Shown piece by piece: positions 30,214 to 39,499 of a DNA stretch of 64,000 nucleotides (position 1 is its first letter; each line of letters opens with the position of its first letter). Made by a program: the position numbers and the translations under genes. Location: positions 35,535-99,534 of the IMG/VR virus record IMGVR_UViG_3300020151_001109; one strand, given 5' to 3'. Below the pieces are notes generated by a model. That model was not told where the DNA came from. It saw only the letters and a program-made list of their open reading frames with translations, and made no database searches. This DNA is from a virus (Duplodnaviria > Caudoviricetes).

Positions 30214-30465
30214 ATGAAGTTAGATCCAAAGATCCTAGCAATGTTGTCCTCATACGGACGTTCATTCCTTGCAGCAGCTGTTGCACTATGGACTACCGGA
30301 AACACAGATCCAAAGGCCTTGCTTGCAGCTGGCCTAGCAGCAATTCTCCCCGTAGCCATCCGCGCATTGAATCCAAAAGATCCAGCATTCGGTATTGTTA
30401 CTGCGGCTTTGCCATCAGTTATGAAGTTTCTTTCTGACACCCAGAAAAAGGGTAAAAAGAAGTAA
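30214..30465 (+). CDS. Holin-like membrane protein
   Basis: SYGRSFLAA...RALNPKDPAFG; basic C-terminus. Confidence 0.65.
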   Translation: MKLDPKILAMLSSYGRSFLAAAVALWTTGNTDPKALLAAGLAAILPVAIRALNPKDPAFGIVTAALPSVMKFLSDTQKKGKKK

Positions 30466-30480
30466 AAAATTAAAAAGATT

Positions 30481-30511
30481 ATGGGGACAGACCTGTTTCT
30501 GTCCCCATTTT
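30481..30511 (+). terminator. Intrinsic terminator
   Basis: ATGGGGACAG / CTGTCCCCAT followed by T tract. Confidence 0.6.
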
Positions 30512-30527
30512 CATTTATACTGCCGAT

Positions 30528-31073
30528 ATGCCTCAATCCCATCAAAACTGGCAATACCTAGGATCTAACGGTTATGTAGGTGCGTACACCACAACCGGAG
30601 GTGGCGGTACCCCAGTTATTCCACGCAGTGATATGGATTACCTGCGCCTTGGAATTGGTAGAACCCCAGAGGCTGAATATCCAGATGGTTATTTAGGAAC
30701 TATACGCTCACGCCGCGATGATCGTGGACGAGCGGCTTCTGTTTCAGATACAGTATTAGATTCATTAAAGGCACGCCAGAATCAACGCGGATACCAACGA
30801 GGAGTTCACAAAGGTGAACGAATTGAGTCTAACCAATATTTTTGGCCGCCAGATTTCTTACCGGGCAGCAGATTAAAGCAGGAAAAATATACTGTTACTA
30901 ATATAGACGGCGGAATTAACATGTTAGTTAATCGTCATGCCCCTAAGTCTAATCTAGCTCCGGCACCACACCTAGTAAATGATGGAAAAGCAAATATTTC
31001 TGCAAATGTTCCTGGGGAATTTAACCCGACAATTGCACGTCAATTCTCACACCTAAAGCCGAAGTGGAACTAA
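30528..31073 (+). CDS. Conserved hypothetical protein, probably leaderless
   Basis: PEAEYPDGYLGTI..RR.D, YQRGVHKGERI; TATACT 6 nt before ATG. Confidence 0.65.
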   Translation: MPQSHQNWQYLGSNGYVGAYTTTGGGGTPVIPRSDMDYLRLGIGRTPEAEYPDGYLGTIRSRRDDRGRAASVSDTVLDSLKARQNQRGYQRGVHKGERIESNQYFWPPDFLPGSRLKQEKYTVTNIDGGINMLVNRHAPKSNLAPAPHLVNDGKANISANVPGEFNPTIARQFSHLKPKWN

Positions 31074-31074
31074 T

Positions 31075-31353
31075 ATGGCACGACCAACTAAAAAAGCCGC
31101 TGCCCCTAAAGAACCGGGTAGAGTTATTACTAACCCTAAACAAGTTGCCGCTATTTATGAAGTAGGCTTAAGTACTGTAAAGCGTAACATTGATAAGATT
31201 CCACATCAAAAGCGTCCTAAAGGTTTACAGGGGAGCCGTAACACGCACTTCTTTGATACCAATGAGATACGAGCTCATTTAGAAAGCATGGGCGCAAAGC
31301 CAGGGGATTCAAGATTAGCTAGACTTGATCGAGTTCATCGGGGTGAAGAATGA
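31075..31353 (+). CDS. Possible HTH (excisionase-like) protein
   Basis: KQVAAIYEVGLSTVKR. Confidence 0.5.
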   Translation: MARPTKKAAAPKEPGRVITNPKQVAAIYEVGLSTVKRNIDKIPHQKRPKGLQGSRNTHFFDTNEIRAHLESMGAKPGDSRLARLDRVHRGEE

Positions 31354-31712
31354 ACTCAGCAGACGGAGTCTACGACCACACCAAAGGTCGGCCTATTGTT
31401 GGTGATAGAAATGATGTCGAACCTCGCTACGATTATTTAGGGCCATACAAATCCGTTCAGGATTCATTAATCTCTCGAGCTTTAGCATCCGTTACTACTC
31501 CCGGAGCTGTGCTTCAAGAAATCGTTAGACCAAATCTCCCACAGGTTAATCTATTCCCGCCACGTTTTGGCTACAGATCTAGGGAGCTAAACATTAAAGA
31601 TGTAATGCACGTCAATGAGGACTCTAATGGCTTCCCATTACGAGCAGACACCTATGGCACTGCAAGCGCGGAGAGTACACTCAGAAACGCACAGGGCCAA
31701 GGGTTCTGGTAA
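31350..31712 (+). CDS. Hypothetical protein
   Basis: Translational coupling. Confidence 0.55.
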   Translation: MNSADGVYDHTKGRPIVGDRNDVEPRYDYLGPYKSVQDSLISRALASVTTPGAVLQEIVRPNLPQVNLFPPRFGYRSRELNIKDVMHVNEDSNGFPLRADTYGTASAESTLRNAQGQGFW

Positions 31713-32017
31713 TGAGTAATTTAGACCCAAATAAAATATACTCTGACCCACACGACGAAGAAAAAGCGTGGCAATCAGCAAAACGTTGGGTACCTAAAGG
31801 ACAAGATGAGAAAGAATTTCGTAAGCTACACAAGGAAAACTACCACCTTGGTTGTAAAGAATGCGGGCCAATTAAGGAGCACAATAGCTCTGTTAAACTA
31901 GGCATGAAATTTGACCACATAAAAGAACAAGTTCGACAAATTGAGGGGGCCAGAATGTCCGGTATTTGTGGCAAGTGCTCCTCTTTACGAAACACGGATG
32001 GAAGGTGCGGCTGTTGA
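31712..32017 (+). CDS. Cys-rich hypothetical protein
   Basis: CKEC, CGKC...CGC; coupling. Confidence 0.55.
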   Translation: MSNLDPNKIYSDPHDEEKAWQSAKRWVPKGQDEKEFRKLHKENYHLGCKECGPIKEHNSSVKLGMKFDHIKEQVRQIEGARMSGICGKCSSLRNTDGRCGC

Positions 32018-32193
32018 TGGACGAAAGCTACAACCTACCCACTATTTACGAGGGTTCTAGGCTCTGCCATAAGTGCGGGGATCTCATGGATCCGGTCACG
32101 GTAGCCTTTACAGGCGCTTTAGGGGTCTGCCCTGAGTGCCGGAATATAATGCATAAAAAAAGACTTAAAGAAGCCATGTCAAAGGGCCGATAA
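32017..32193 (+). CDS. Zinc-finger microprotein
   Basis: CHKCG...CPEC; TGATG coupling. Confidence 0.55.
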   Translation: MDESYNLPTIYEGSRLCHKCGDLMDPVTVAFTGALGVCPECRNIMHKKRLKEAMSKGR

Positions 32194-32236
32194 AGCCCCT
32201 ACACTGTGTACTTAGGATTTATCTGAAAGGAATGCC

Positions 32237-32752
32237 ATGAAGACAGCTGTTGCGTCTCCAGACGAAGGACCAGACAAGAAGAAGTACGGTATTCCGCCTA
32301 AGGATAAAAAAGGCCTGGGTAAAAAGACTGAGTATGAATACAAGAGTGAGCGCGTACCAAAAAGTGATCCGCGTAACCGTGCGCGATTGCAGTACGAGGG
32401 TCCTTATAAACCTAAACCTAAACGAGTTGAGGGTGAATACAAAAAAGGTTATTCTAAGCCAAGTCAAATGCAAGAAAATCTTAAGCGTCCCGTTAAAAAA
32501 CCAAAAGAAAATTATGAGCCTAAGCCTAAACCTTCAGATCCAGTTAAGAAATACGCAATAGAAGAATTAAAAAAACGACGTGAAATGCGTAAATCCAAGT
32601 TGGAAGAAACTATTAAAGTTAAAAAAGACTACAAGGTAGTTGAGAATAAGATTAAGAAGCCTGAAGATAAAGAAAAAGAAAAGTCAAACAAGCTTCGTAG
32701 AACAGCTAGCCGTTCAAAGACCTCTATACGTATGAAGAAGAAAGCTAAGTAA
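32237..32752 (+). CDS. Lys-rich hypothetical protein
   Basis: Highly basic; GAAAGGA SD. Confidence 0.6.
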   Translation: MKTAVASPDEGPDKKKYGIPPKDKKGLGKKTEYEYKSERVPKSDPRNRARLQYEGPYKPKPKRVEGEYKKGYSKPSQMQENLKRPVKKPKENYEPKPKPSDPVKKYAIEELKKRREMRKSKLEETIKVKKDYKVVENKIKKPEDKEKEKSNKLRRTASRSKTSIRMKKKAK

Positions 32753-33255
32753 TGAGTATTCGTAGAGAACGTGATTCTAGACGTGTAGCTAAATCTGTTC
32801 GCACCTGGGAAAAGACCATGGATGCTTATTCTAACGCCACAGGTTGGGCACGAATTAACACCCATGCTTTTGACGCCTACAATGACACTAGAGGTAATCC
32901 CGAGACGCCTACCGATGTAAACGCTATTTTTCCCTCAGCTAAAGATAATAATAGAAGTTCTGGAAATGTTTTTACTGCAAAAGAGCATAACCCACGTGCA
33001 AAAGTAGAATTTAAAGCTATTATGGACGATCCCAGTGAAAAAAGTAGAATGGGCCATACTCTTGGAAAAGGTCACGTAGCTACAACAGATAGCGACGGAA
33101 ATGCTATTAGAAAAGCACATACAGATACGCATAAGGGACACTATTGGAAACCATCAAAAGGCGGTTTCATGACTAAATCTAAGTGCACCGGTTGCGGAGC
33201 TAGCTCTACGGAGCATTACAAAGACTTAAATAATGGCCAAGTTGGCTGGAAATAG
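32752..33255 (+). CDS. Hypothetical protein with shared MSIRRERD N-terminal leader
   Basis: N-terminal ~26 aa near-identical to the next gene. Confidence 0.6.
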   Translation: MSIRRERDSRRVAKSVRTWEKTMDAYSNATGWARINTHAFDAYNDTRGNPETPTDVNAIFPSAKDNNRSSGNVFTAKEHNPRAKVEFKAIMDDPSEKSRMGHTLGKGHVATTDSDGNAIRKAHTDTHKGHYWKPSKGGFMTKSKCTGCGASSTEHYKDLNNGQVGWK

Positions 33256-33269
33256 GAAAAGGATAAATA

Positions 33270-33686
33270 ATGAGTATTCGTAGAGAGCGCGACGCTAAGC
33301 GTGTAGCTAAATCTGTTCGCACCTGGGACGCTACTATGGCTGCTTACGATAGACAAATAACTACTCCAATGAAGTATTTAGACAGCAACCATTGGCCCCC
33401 AGCAAGGACGGGAGATTTTCGTCCAGTAGGTCATGGAGACGAAATGATTACTCCTGGCATGGGTCACGTCACAACTTACAAGGTTAATATGGCACCTGGT
33501 GGTAGATATCGCGGTATTGATTTAACTCGTAGAGGTACCGCGGGAATAGGCGACAAAAATAACCGATCTGATTTTTATAATCACGAAAATAAATACATTA
33601 GAAAATCAGTTGATAAAATACTAAAAAAAATTGATAACGATCGTAAAAACCACCCCCTCAATAAGGAGAAAAATAATGGCGACTAA
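33270..33686 (+). CDS. Hypothetical protein with shared MSIRRERD N-terminal leader
   Basis: See 32752. Confidence 0.6.
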   Translation: MSIRRERDAKRVAKSVRTWDATMAAYDRQITTPMKYLDSNHWPPARTGDFRPVGHGDEMITPGMGHVTTYKVNMAPGGRYRGIDLTRRGTAGIGDKNNRSDFYNHENKYIRKSVDKILKKIDNDRKNHPLNKEKNNGD

Positions 33687-33957
33687 TGAATCAGGCTCAT
33701 TAAACGAAAGTTTAAACGAAGGAGCAACTGACGGTAAGTACCGTAAAGTACGTCCTAACACAACTATTGATCCAGGCATGGGTGACGATATCGTACGCGC
33801 CAACCGCCGTGGACTAAATCCTTACATGAACTATGACTTCATTGATCAGGAAACACCTGCAAAGGTAAACCCAGGCAAGATGACAGCTAATAGCTCTTCT
33901 CGCCCAGCATCAGATGTATTTAACGTATCTGAAAAGCAAATGGGAGCTAATTACTAG
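33676..33957 (+). CDS. Hypothetical protein
   Basis: AAGGAG SD; EGATDGKYRKVRP. Confidence 0.6.
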   Translation: MATNESGSLNESLNEGATDGKYRKVRPNTTIDPGMGDDIVRANRRGLNPYMNYDFIDQETPAKVNPGKMTANSSSRPASDVFNVSEKQMGANY

Positions 33958-34094
33958 TGTGGAAGATAAAGTAACCCGTCGCAATCGACAATTAGAGAGC
34001 TTTAAAGCTCAAAAAGCTAAGATTATTAAAGAGAGAGAATTTAAGGCTTCTCTCCCTAAAAGTGTTACTTATTTACCGGATAAGATGAAAAAAA

Positions 34095-35060
34095 ATGGCT
34101 AAGAAGAGCGTTTTTGACGGCGGCGCATCTCAGAATTATGAACGATGCGTAGGCTCTGCGTGTAAGGGAAAAGACACTCCTGCCCGTAAACTTATGGGCG
34201 TAAACGTATTAGACGAGTCTGGTGGACGAATTATGTTTCACCCTGTCTGTAAAGATTGTGAATCAACCGCTAAATTAAACGCAGTAGCCCGCAGACTTCC
34301 AGACCCTAATTTTCAACCATTAACTAAAGAAAACGCCTACGTATACCGTGAACAGCAAGACGCGGAAGCTGAAGAACAATTTAAAAAATTAAGTAAAGGA
34401 AGAAAAGGTATGGCAGCGCCAACAAAAGCGTTGTCTAAAAAAGTAATTAATCCCGACTCACATGGTCGTATGGATCACGTTTACTTTGCTAGAGACTCAT
34501 TTGAAATGGAGCCTAAAAAAGCCGGTACCCAGGGCCAAGAAAAAATTGGTCAACGCCCTAGACAACAAGTTGGAACTGCAGCAAAAGTAAAGAAGCTATC
34601 TGAACAAGAAAAAGCTTTAGCTTTAGAAAAAGAAGCGGCGTCTTACGATTTAGGAAGAGATAAGGGTCCTTGGACACCCTTGACTCCCCGTAAGACTAAG
34701 GGCGGTAAGGATTCTGCACGTCTTCGTGGAAGAACTACTTGGACAGGAAACCCAGATCCTGGAATTCGTAGACCTACCAAAGAAACCGGAGAGTTGTGGA
34801 AAAGCCCAGAAAAGATTATTTCCGTATATAACGCTAAAATTAGAGCTGCAGATCCTTCTGGAGCATTCTCTCTTGCATCTATTCTCGGACAAGGAGATTC
34901 TACATCTCTCCCAGAGCATTTAAAAAATGTAGAAAAAGCGTATACTGAGCGTGCTTTATTTACAGCAAACCTAGCAAAAGAAGAACGTGTTCGACGTTCT
35001 CCCGCAGTAGACTTAGAAGAAGGGAGTGCGCCACGTGCCAAAAAGAAGCGACAAAAATGA
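34095..35060 (+). CDS. Basic hypothetical protein with N-terminal Cys motifs
   Basis: C....C ... CKDC. Confidence 0.6.
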   Translation: MAKKSVFDGGASQNYERCVGSACKGKDTPARKLMGVNVLDESGGRIMFHPVCKDCESTAKLNAVARRLPDPNFQPLTKENAYVYREQQDAEAEEQFKKLSKGRKGMAAPTKALSKKVINPDSHGRMDHVYFARDSFEMEPKKAGTQGQEKIGQRPRQQVGTAAKVKKLSEQEKALALEKEAASYDLGRDKGPWTPLTPRKTKGGKDSARLRGRTTWTGNPDPGIRRPTKETGELWKSPEKIISVYNAKIRAADPSGAFSLASILGQGDSTSLPEHLKNVEKAYTERALFTANLAKEERVRRSPAVDLEEGSAPRAKKKRQK

Positions 35061-35583
35061 GCCCTATCGTGGTCAAGACGGTAAACCCCTAACTTTTAAA
35101 GCTAGTAAGGAACACCAATCTTTAACTAAGGAAGCTAATGTTGCCTGGGTATCTTCTATGTTGGCTAAACAGGTAGACATTACAGTAAAAGATGCTGATG
35201 GTAACTCTACTACTACATCCGTACCCTTTAATGAATTTGCTGCAGAAAAACAATTAAGGTATAAAAAATATGAGTTTACCTTCCCCGGCAGATCTAGAGC
35301 TAAGTTTTTAGCTGGTAAGCCTTACGAAGAGGTCTCCCCACCTAAACAGGTAAAGTCAGGTGAAAAGGTTAAAAGCGGTGACATAGAGCTTACAAAATCC
35401 GAGGCTTACACTGAACGGCGTTACGCTAAAAAACTAGAGAATATTGAAGATGAGTACGAAATAAATAGGCAAAAACTATATATGGAAAGTAAGCTTGTGC
35501 CTAAATCCAGCCCAAGTAAGCCTAAAAAGACAGAGCCTACTCTTGCTGAGCGAACCCGGGTTGGCCGGAAGGATATGGCCTAG
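35026..35583 (+). CDS. Basic hypothetical protein
   Basis: Operon context. Confidence 0.55.
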   Translation: MRHVPKRSDKNEPYRGQDGKPLTFKASKEHQSLTKEANVAWVSSMLAKQVDITVKDADGNSTTTSVPFNEFAAEKQLRYKKYEFTFPGRSRAKFLAGKPYEEVSPPKQVKSGEKVKSGDIELTKSEAYTERRYAKKLENIEDEYEINRQKLYMESKLVPKSSPSKPKKTEPTLAERTRVGRKDMA

Positions 35584-35620
35584 TAATCTGATAGACTCTC
35601 CTTATCGTTAAAGGAGTATT

Positions 35621-36187
35621 ATGTCTAATTTATTTGGCAATGCTAAGGGCCCCGCTGACCTAGGCGGAGAGTATGTTGAAGTAAAGGATGAAGGACCTAA
35701 AATCCGTCTACTTTACTGCTACCAATGTAAAACTATTGAAGAGCTTCCTGATTTTGAGGGGCGCCCAGAAGATGATACGCTACTAGAGCTTTTAATTGAA
35801 AAGCACGAGTCTGCGGGAGTCAAGCATATGGGGTTCTTGTCTAAGATAGGCGTAAAGCTTTGGACGCAAGAAAAGTTTAGAAAACAGATCATTGAAAACC
35901 TCCGTACAAAAGTCGGTGGAGGATTAGCTGATATAGATCCTGAGTACTACTTTACTAAAGCCACATTTGCAGACGACGCCATGAAGTGCTATTCTTTGCA
36001 CCTCAGGCCTACGGCGGGTTGCCCCGACTATGCTTCTGATAAGAAAAAACTAGTACCAAAGACACAGTCTGAAAGAAAAGAGTTGGGACTTAGCGCGGCT
36101 ACTAGTAGTATTTACCTGTGCGATTTCTGTCCAGTGAAGTCTCACGTAGTTACTCAACAACGTAAACAATCCGGAATGTATAAGTAA
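35621..36187 (+). CDS. Conserved Cys-containing hypothetical protein
   Basis: CYQC, C...H.RP..GC, YLCDFCPV; TGATAGACT promoter and AAGGAG SD. Confidence 0.65.
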   Translation: MSNLFGNAKGPADLGGEYVEVKDEGPKIRLLYCYQCKTIEELPDFEGRPEDDTLLELLIEKHESAGVKHMGFLSKIGVKLWTQEKFRKQIIENLRTKVGGGLADIDPEYYFTKATFADDAMKCYSLHLRPTAGCPDYASDKKKLVPKTQSERKELGLSAATSSIYLCDFCPVKSHVVTQQRKQSGMYK

Positions 36188-36203
36188 AGGAATAGGAAAA
36201 CAA

Positions 36204-36533
36204 ATGACAAACGAAGATAATACAGAAGACGCAATCGTAATCACGGATGCAGAATACGGCGCATCTCATACTGAGGAAGCTCCTGCCAAAGTAGAAGATC
36301 CTAAGATTGTTTTTGGCTTCGCAGTGTTGGTTGACGACAAGGGAAATCTATTCCTAGAGCGTACCCCACGAATTTTTAACGCCCCAGTAGAGCGTGAAGC
36401 AACCCTTATTGAAGTACGTCGTTACGCAGCGGACATTGTTATGGATATCCAAGCACAAGCTTCTGCAGAATACACGACTACTCGTATGAAGGCTATTAAG
36501 GAAGAGGAAGAAAACGGCAGTTCCCCTGCTTAA
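36204..36533 (+). CDS. Hypothetical protein
   Basis: Operon context. Confidence 0.6.
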   Translation: MTNEDNTEDAIVITDAEYGASHTEEAPAKVEDPKIVFGFAVLVDDKGNLFLERTPRIFNAPVEREATLIEVRRYAADIVMDIQAQASAEYTTTRMKAIKEEEENGSSPA

Positions 36534-36584
36534 TTTCCGCTAGTTTCGCTAGACATACACCTAGTTAGGAAGAACAATAGTCCT

Positions 36585-37514
36585 ATGGACCGCGATAAAT
36601 TAAGCAAATTTCAACAGATTGAGGACTTACACGAGTCTCAAACCTCTTACTTTAGCGCCCCAAATACGGACTTAGATCCTAATTTATTCTTTGGAAATAG
36701 AATTAAGCCTTGGGTTAGAAATAACATCTCTCGTCTTCTTTTTGATCATCTAGGAGTACGCTACTCGGCGCCAAATAAGTGGGTTCGTATTTGGTTAGCC
36801 GGGTCCGGCGTGTCCTATCAATGGTCAGCAGAAAGAGATCCAGGTGACTTGGATTGTCTAGTTGGCATTGACTACGTTGAGTTTAGAAAAGCAAATTACG
36901 AATATGCTGGGTTTTCTGATCAAGAAATTGCCAGTATGTTTAATGAGGGCTTTAATGCCGACTTGATGCCAAACACTAAAAACTGGAATGGCTACGAGTT
37001 AACTTACTACGTAAATGCAAGATCTGACATAAAGGATCTAAATCCTTATGCTGCCTATGATCTAACTAACGATACTTGGACTGTAGAGCCGGATAGATCT
37101 GCTCACGCCCCATACTCTCGCTCTTGGGAACAACAGAGCCAAAGAGATTACGATACCGCTTCAGAGTTAGTGGCTAGATACTCTTTAGCCCTGTCTGATA
37201 TCAAAACTGCTCCCAATGATGCTTACCGGCTTAACGCAGAAAGACGACTAAAGCTTTCTGTAGAGCAAGCCGTGTCTTTCTATGACGACATTCACAATGG
37301 AAGAAAAGCCGCATTTAGCGTTTCCGGATCAGGCTACTCAGACTTTAATAACTATCGCTGGCAAGCTGGCAAGAAAACTGGGGCTGTTCCGGCCCTAAGA
37401 GCTATTAAACAATACCAGGATGAGGTAAAAAAACAGGAACAATTAGACACCTATGGTGTAGAATTGCCTGATACACGAACTTTAATTCGAAGGGCAGCGC
37501 AAAAAAATCCATGA
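36585..37514 (+). CDS. Pol-beta-superfamily nucleotidyltransferase
   Basis: LAGSGVSYQWS...GDLDCLV (GS..DxD); YELTYYV. Confidence 0.75.
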   Translation: MDRDKLSKFQQIEDLHESQTSYFSAPNTDLDPNLFFGNRIKPWVRNNISRLLFDHLGVRYSAPNKWVRIWLAGSGVSYQWSAERDPGDLDCLVGIDYVEFRKANYEYAGFSDQEIASMFNEGFNADLMPNTKNWNGYELTYYVNARSDIKDLNPYAAYDLTNDTWTVEPDRSAHAPYSRSWEQQSQRDYDTASELVARYSLALSDIKTAPNDAYRLNAERRLKLSVEQAVSFYDDIHNGRKAAFSVSGSGYSDFNNYRWQAGKKTGAVPALRAIKQYQDEVKKQEQLDTYGVELPDTRTLIRRAAQKNP

Positions 37515-37975
37515 CAGCTTTGGTTTCACTAGACGGGGTTCTTAGAACCGAAGTTGGGAATCCAATTCATGAGGGATTAAAGTTGTTTAGAGTTTTAGCC
37601 CCAAGTTATCGAGTGGTTCTCGCTACAGACGGTACAAAAATGGAAGCCGAGCATTGGCTCAGGTCTAACATGATTTCCGGGTATGCAGACATTATTGATA
37701 ATACCTCAGGATATGAGGGACAAGATCTTAGAATACGTCAGCTTGATATCATGAAGACTTTAGCTACGGTAGAGCTATTTGTAGACTCTGACGTAGACCG
37801 TTGCGCATTGGCTTTTAAGAGTGGGATCACCTCGCTGTTATTTGCTTCCCCGAAGTTTGTTCGAACAAAGCGCCAAGTAAAGCCTTGGGAAGAGCTAAAG
37901 ACTGAGCTTGAAAAACAAAAGGAATTTAGAGCAAGTTTAATGTTAGATGACTTATCAGCACACAGGTGGGAGTAA
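37511..37975 (+). CDS. HAD-like protein (first catalytic Asp replaced: SLDGVL)
   Basis: LVSLDGVL, VLATD, LFVDSD. Confidence 0.6.
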   Translation: MTALVSLDGVLRTEVGNPIHEGLKLFRVLAPSYRVVLATDGTKMEAEHWLRSNMISGYADIIDNTSGYEGQDLRIRQLDIMKTLATVELFVDSDVDRCALAFKSGITSLLFASPKFVRTKRQVKPWEELKTELEKQKEFRASLMLDDLSAHRWE

Positions 37976-37977
37976 CG

Positions 37978-39450
37978 ATGGATATCGTATTTTTAGGCGG
38001 AGAGGTGCCTTCCCACAGAAAGCTACTGGTTGCTAACGGAGTAAAGCATATTGGCTTGAACTACTGGCGACTTGTAAAGCGTGGGTTGCCCAAGACCAAA
38101 GACTACCTGCTTTCTGAGTATTTCCCAGATGATGTATTTGTCTATGTAAATGCCAAGATCAATGATGAGTCAACTCTAACCACGGAAGAGCTCTTTGATT
38201 TTAATGCTGAGTACAACGACTGGGTATCTCTAAACGAGGATCGTATAGAGTTAGCTTTTGAGTTCAATTCGCCATCCCTAGGGCCAGAGCACCGCGAAAC
38301 TGAACGAAGTGTCTTCTGGGAAGACTTTGGCACAGATCGTTTCGTCCCTACCTGGGAGGCAAAAGACGGTCATCCAGAGCTTCACCGCCTTGCTAAGGCC
38401 TACCCACACATAGGTATTGTGGGCCACAGTATTGAAGAAGACAAGTCCTTAGCCGGCATTACACGAGCTTTAACTACCCAATTTGGAACTACCTTCCACG
38501 CTATTGGCTCAATGAGCCCAGAGAATCTACGCCAGATTACCTGCCTTACTGTAAGCACCCTAGCTTGGCTCTCCCCAATGATGCGTGGAGAAACTATCGT
38601 ATGGGACGGCTCACGCCTGCTTCGATATCCTAAGAGAATGAAGGCTCAGGCCCGAAGCCGATATAAAGCTGTTATTGAAAAGGCCGGTCTCGACTACGCA
38701 TTAATCATTGCAGATGATCCTAACGAAGTAACTCGTTTAGCCATTTGGTCCTTCCTTGAGCTAGAAGCATTCATTAATGAACGTAAAACAACCCCCCTGT
38801 TATCTGATAAGAGCGCGTACATAGATGACCCGGGAGATGCGGAAACAGGTGGTATAGAACCTGATAATAGACCCCCAGACGTGCGGAAAGATTTGCAACA
38901 AAGAGATCCTTTAGAACTTCGTCCATTGCCTGTTTTTGGGGTTTCAACTAAGACTATAATCGAAAAGGATGAGGCCGGAAGAGATGTTCTTAAGGACGTT
39001 TCGGTGTTATCTAGCTCATCCTCTTCACTGCGTCAGTGCAATACCTGCTTCGTGGCGACCAATTGTCCGGCCTTTAAGCCTGAAAATAGCTGTGCCTTTA
39101 ATCTCCCTGTAGAGGTAAAAACCAAGGAGCAATTAAAGGGATTATTGAATACAATCATTGAAATACAGGGTTCTAGAGTCGCTTTTGCCCGATATGCGGA
39201 GGAATTAAACGGCGGATACCCTGATCCAAACACTTCCCAAGAGATAGATCGATTATTTAAGATCGTCAAACAATTAAAGGAATTGGAGGAAAACAAGGAA
39301 TTCGTACGCATGACGGTAGAACGTCAGAGCTCTGGTGGAGTAATGTCTGCCCTGTTTGGGGACCGAGCGAATACGCTCAAGGAGCTCCCAAACCAAGGTT
39401 TGTCTGAGTCAGATGTATCAACTATACTCTCAGAAAAGCTGGAAAACTAG
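37978..39450 (+). CDS. Hypothetical protein, possibly degenerate TGT-like barrel plus C-terminal 4-Cys domain
   Basis: IVFLGGE..H, FVPTW, FHAIG, VSTLAWLS...RGET; CNTC.....CP......C. Confidence 0.45.
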   Translation: MDIVFLGGEVPSHRKLLVANGVKHIGLNYWRLVKRGLPKTKDYLLSEYFPDDVFVYVNAKINDESTLTTEELFDFNAEYNDWVSLNEDRIELAFEFNSPSLGPEHRETERSVFWEDFGTDRFVPTWEAKDGHPELHRLAKAYPHIGIVGHSIEEDKSLAGITRALTTQFGTTFHAIGSMSPENLRQITCLTVSTLAWLSPMMRGETIVWDGSRLLRYPKRMKAQARSRYKAVIEKAGLDYALIIADDPNEVTRLAIWSFLELEAFINERKTTPLLSDKSAYIDDPGDAETGGIEPDNRPPDVRKDLQQRDPLELRPLPVFGVSTKTIIEKDEAGRDVLKDVSVLSSSSSSLRQCNTCFVATNCPAFKPENSCAFNLPVEVKTKEQLKGLLNTIIEIQGSRVAFARYAEELNGGYPDPNTSQEIDRLFKIVKQLKELEENKEFVRMTVERQSSGGVMSALFGDRANTLKELPNQGLSESDVSTILSEKLEN

Positions 39451-39499
39451 TTTCACTCTTATCATATAACAGTTACTTTTACCAACGAATGGGGCCATT

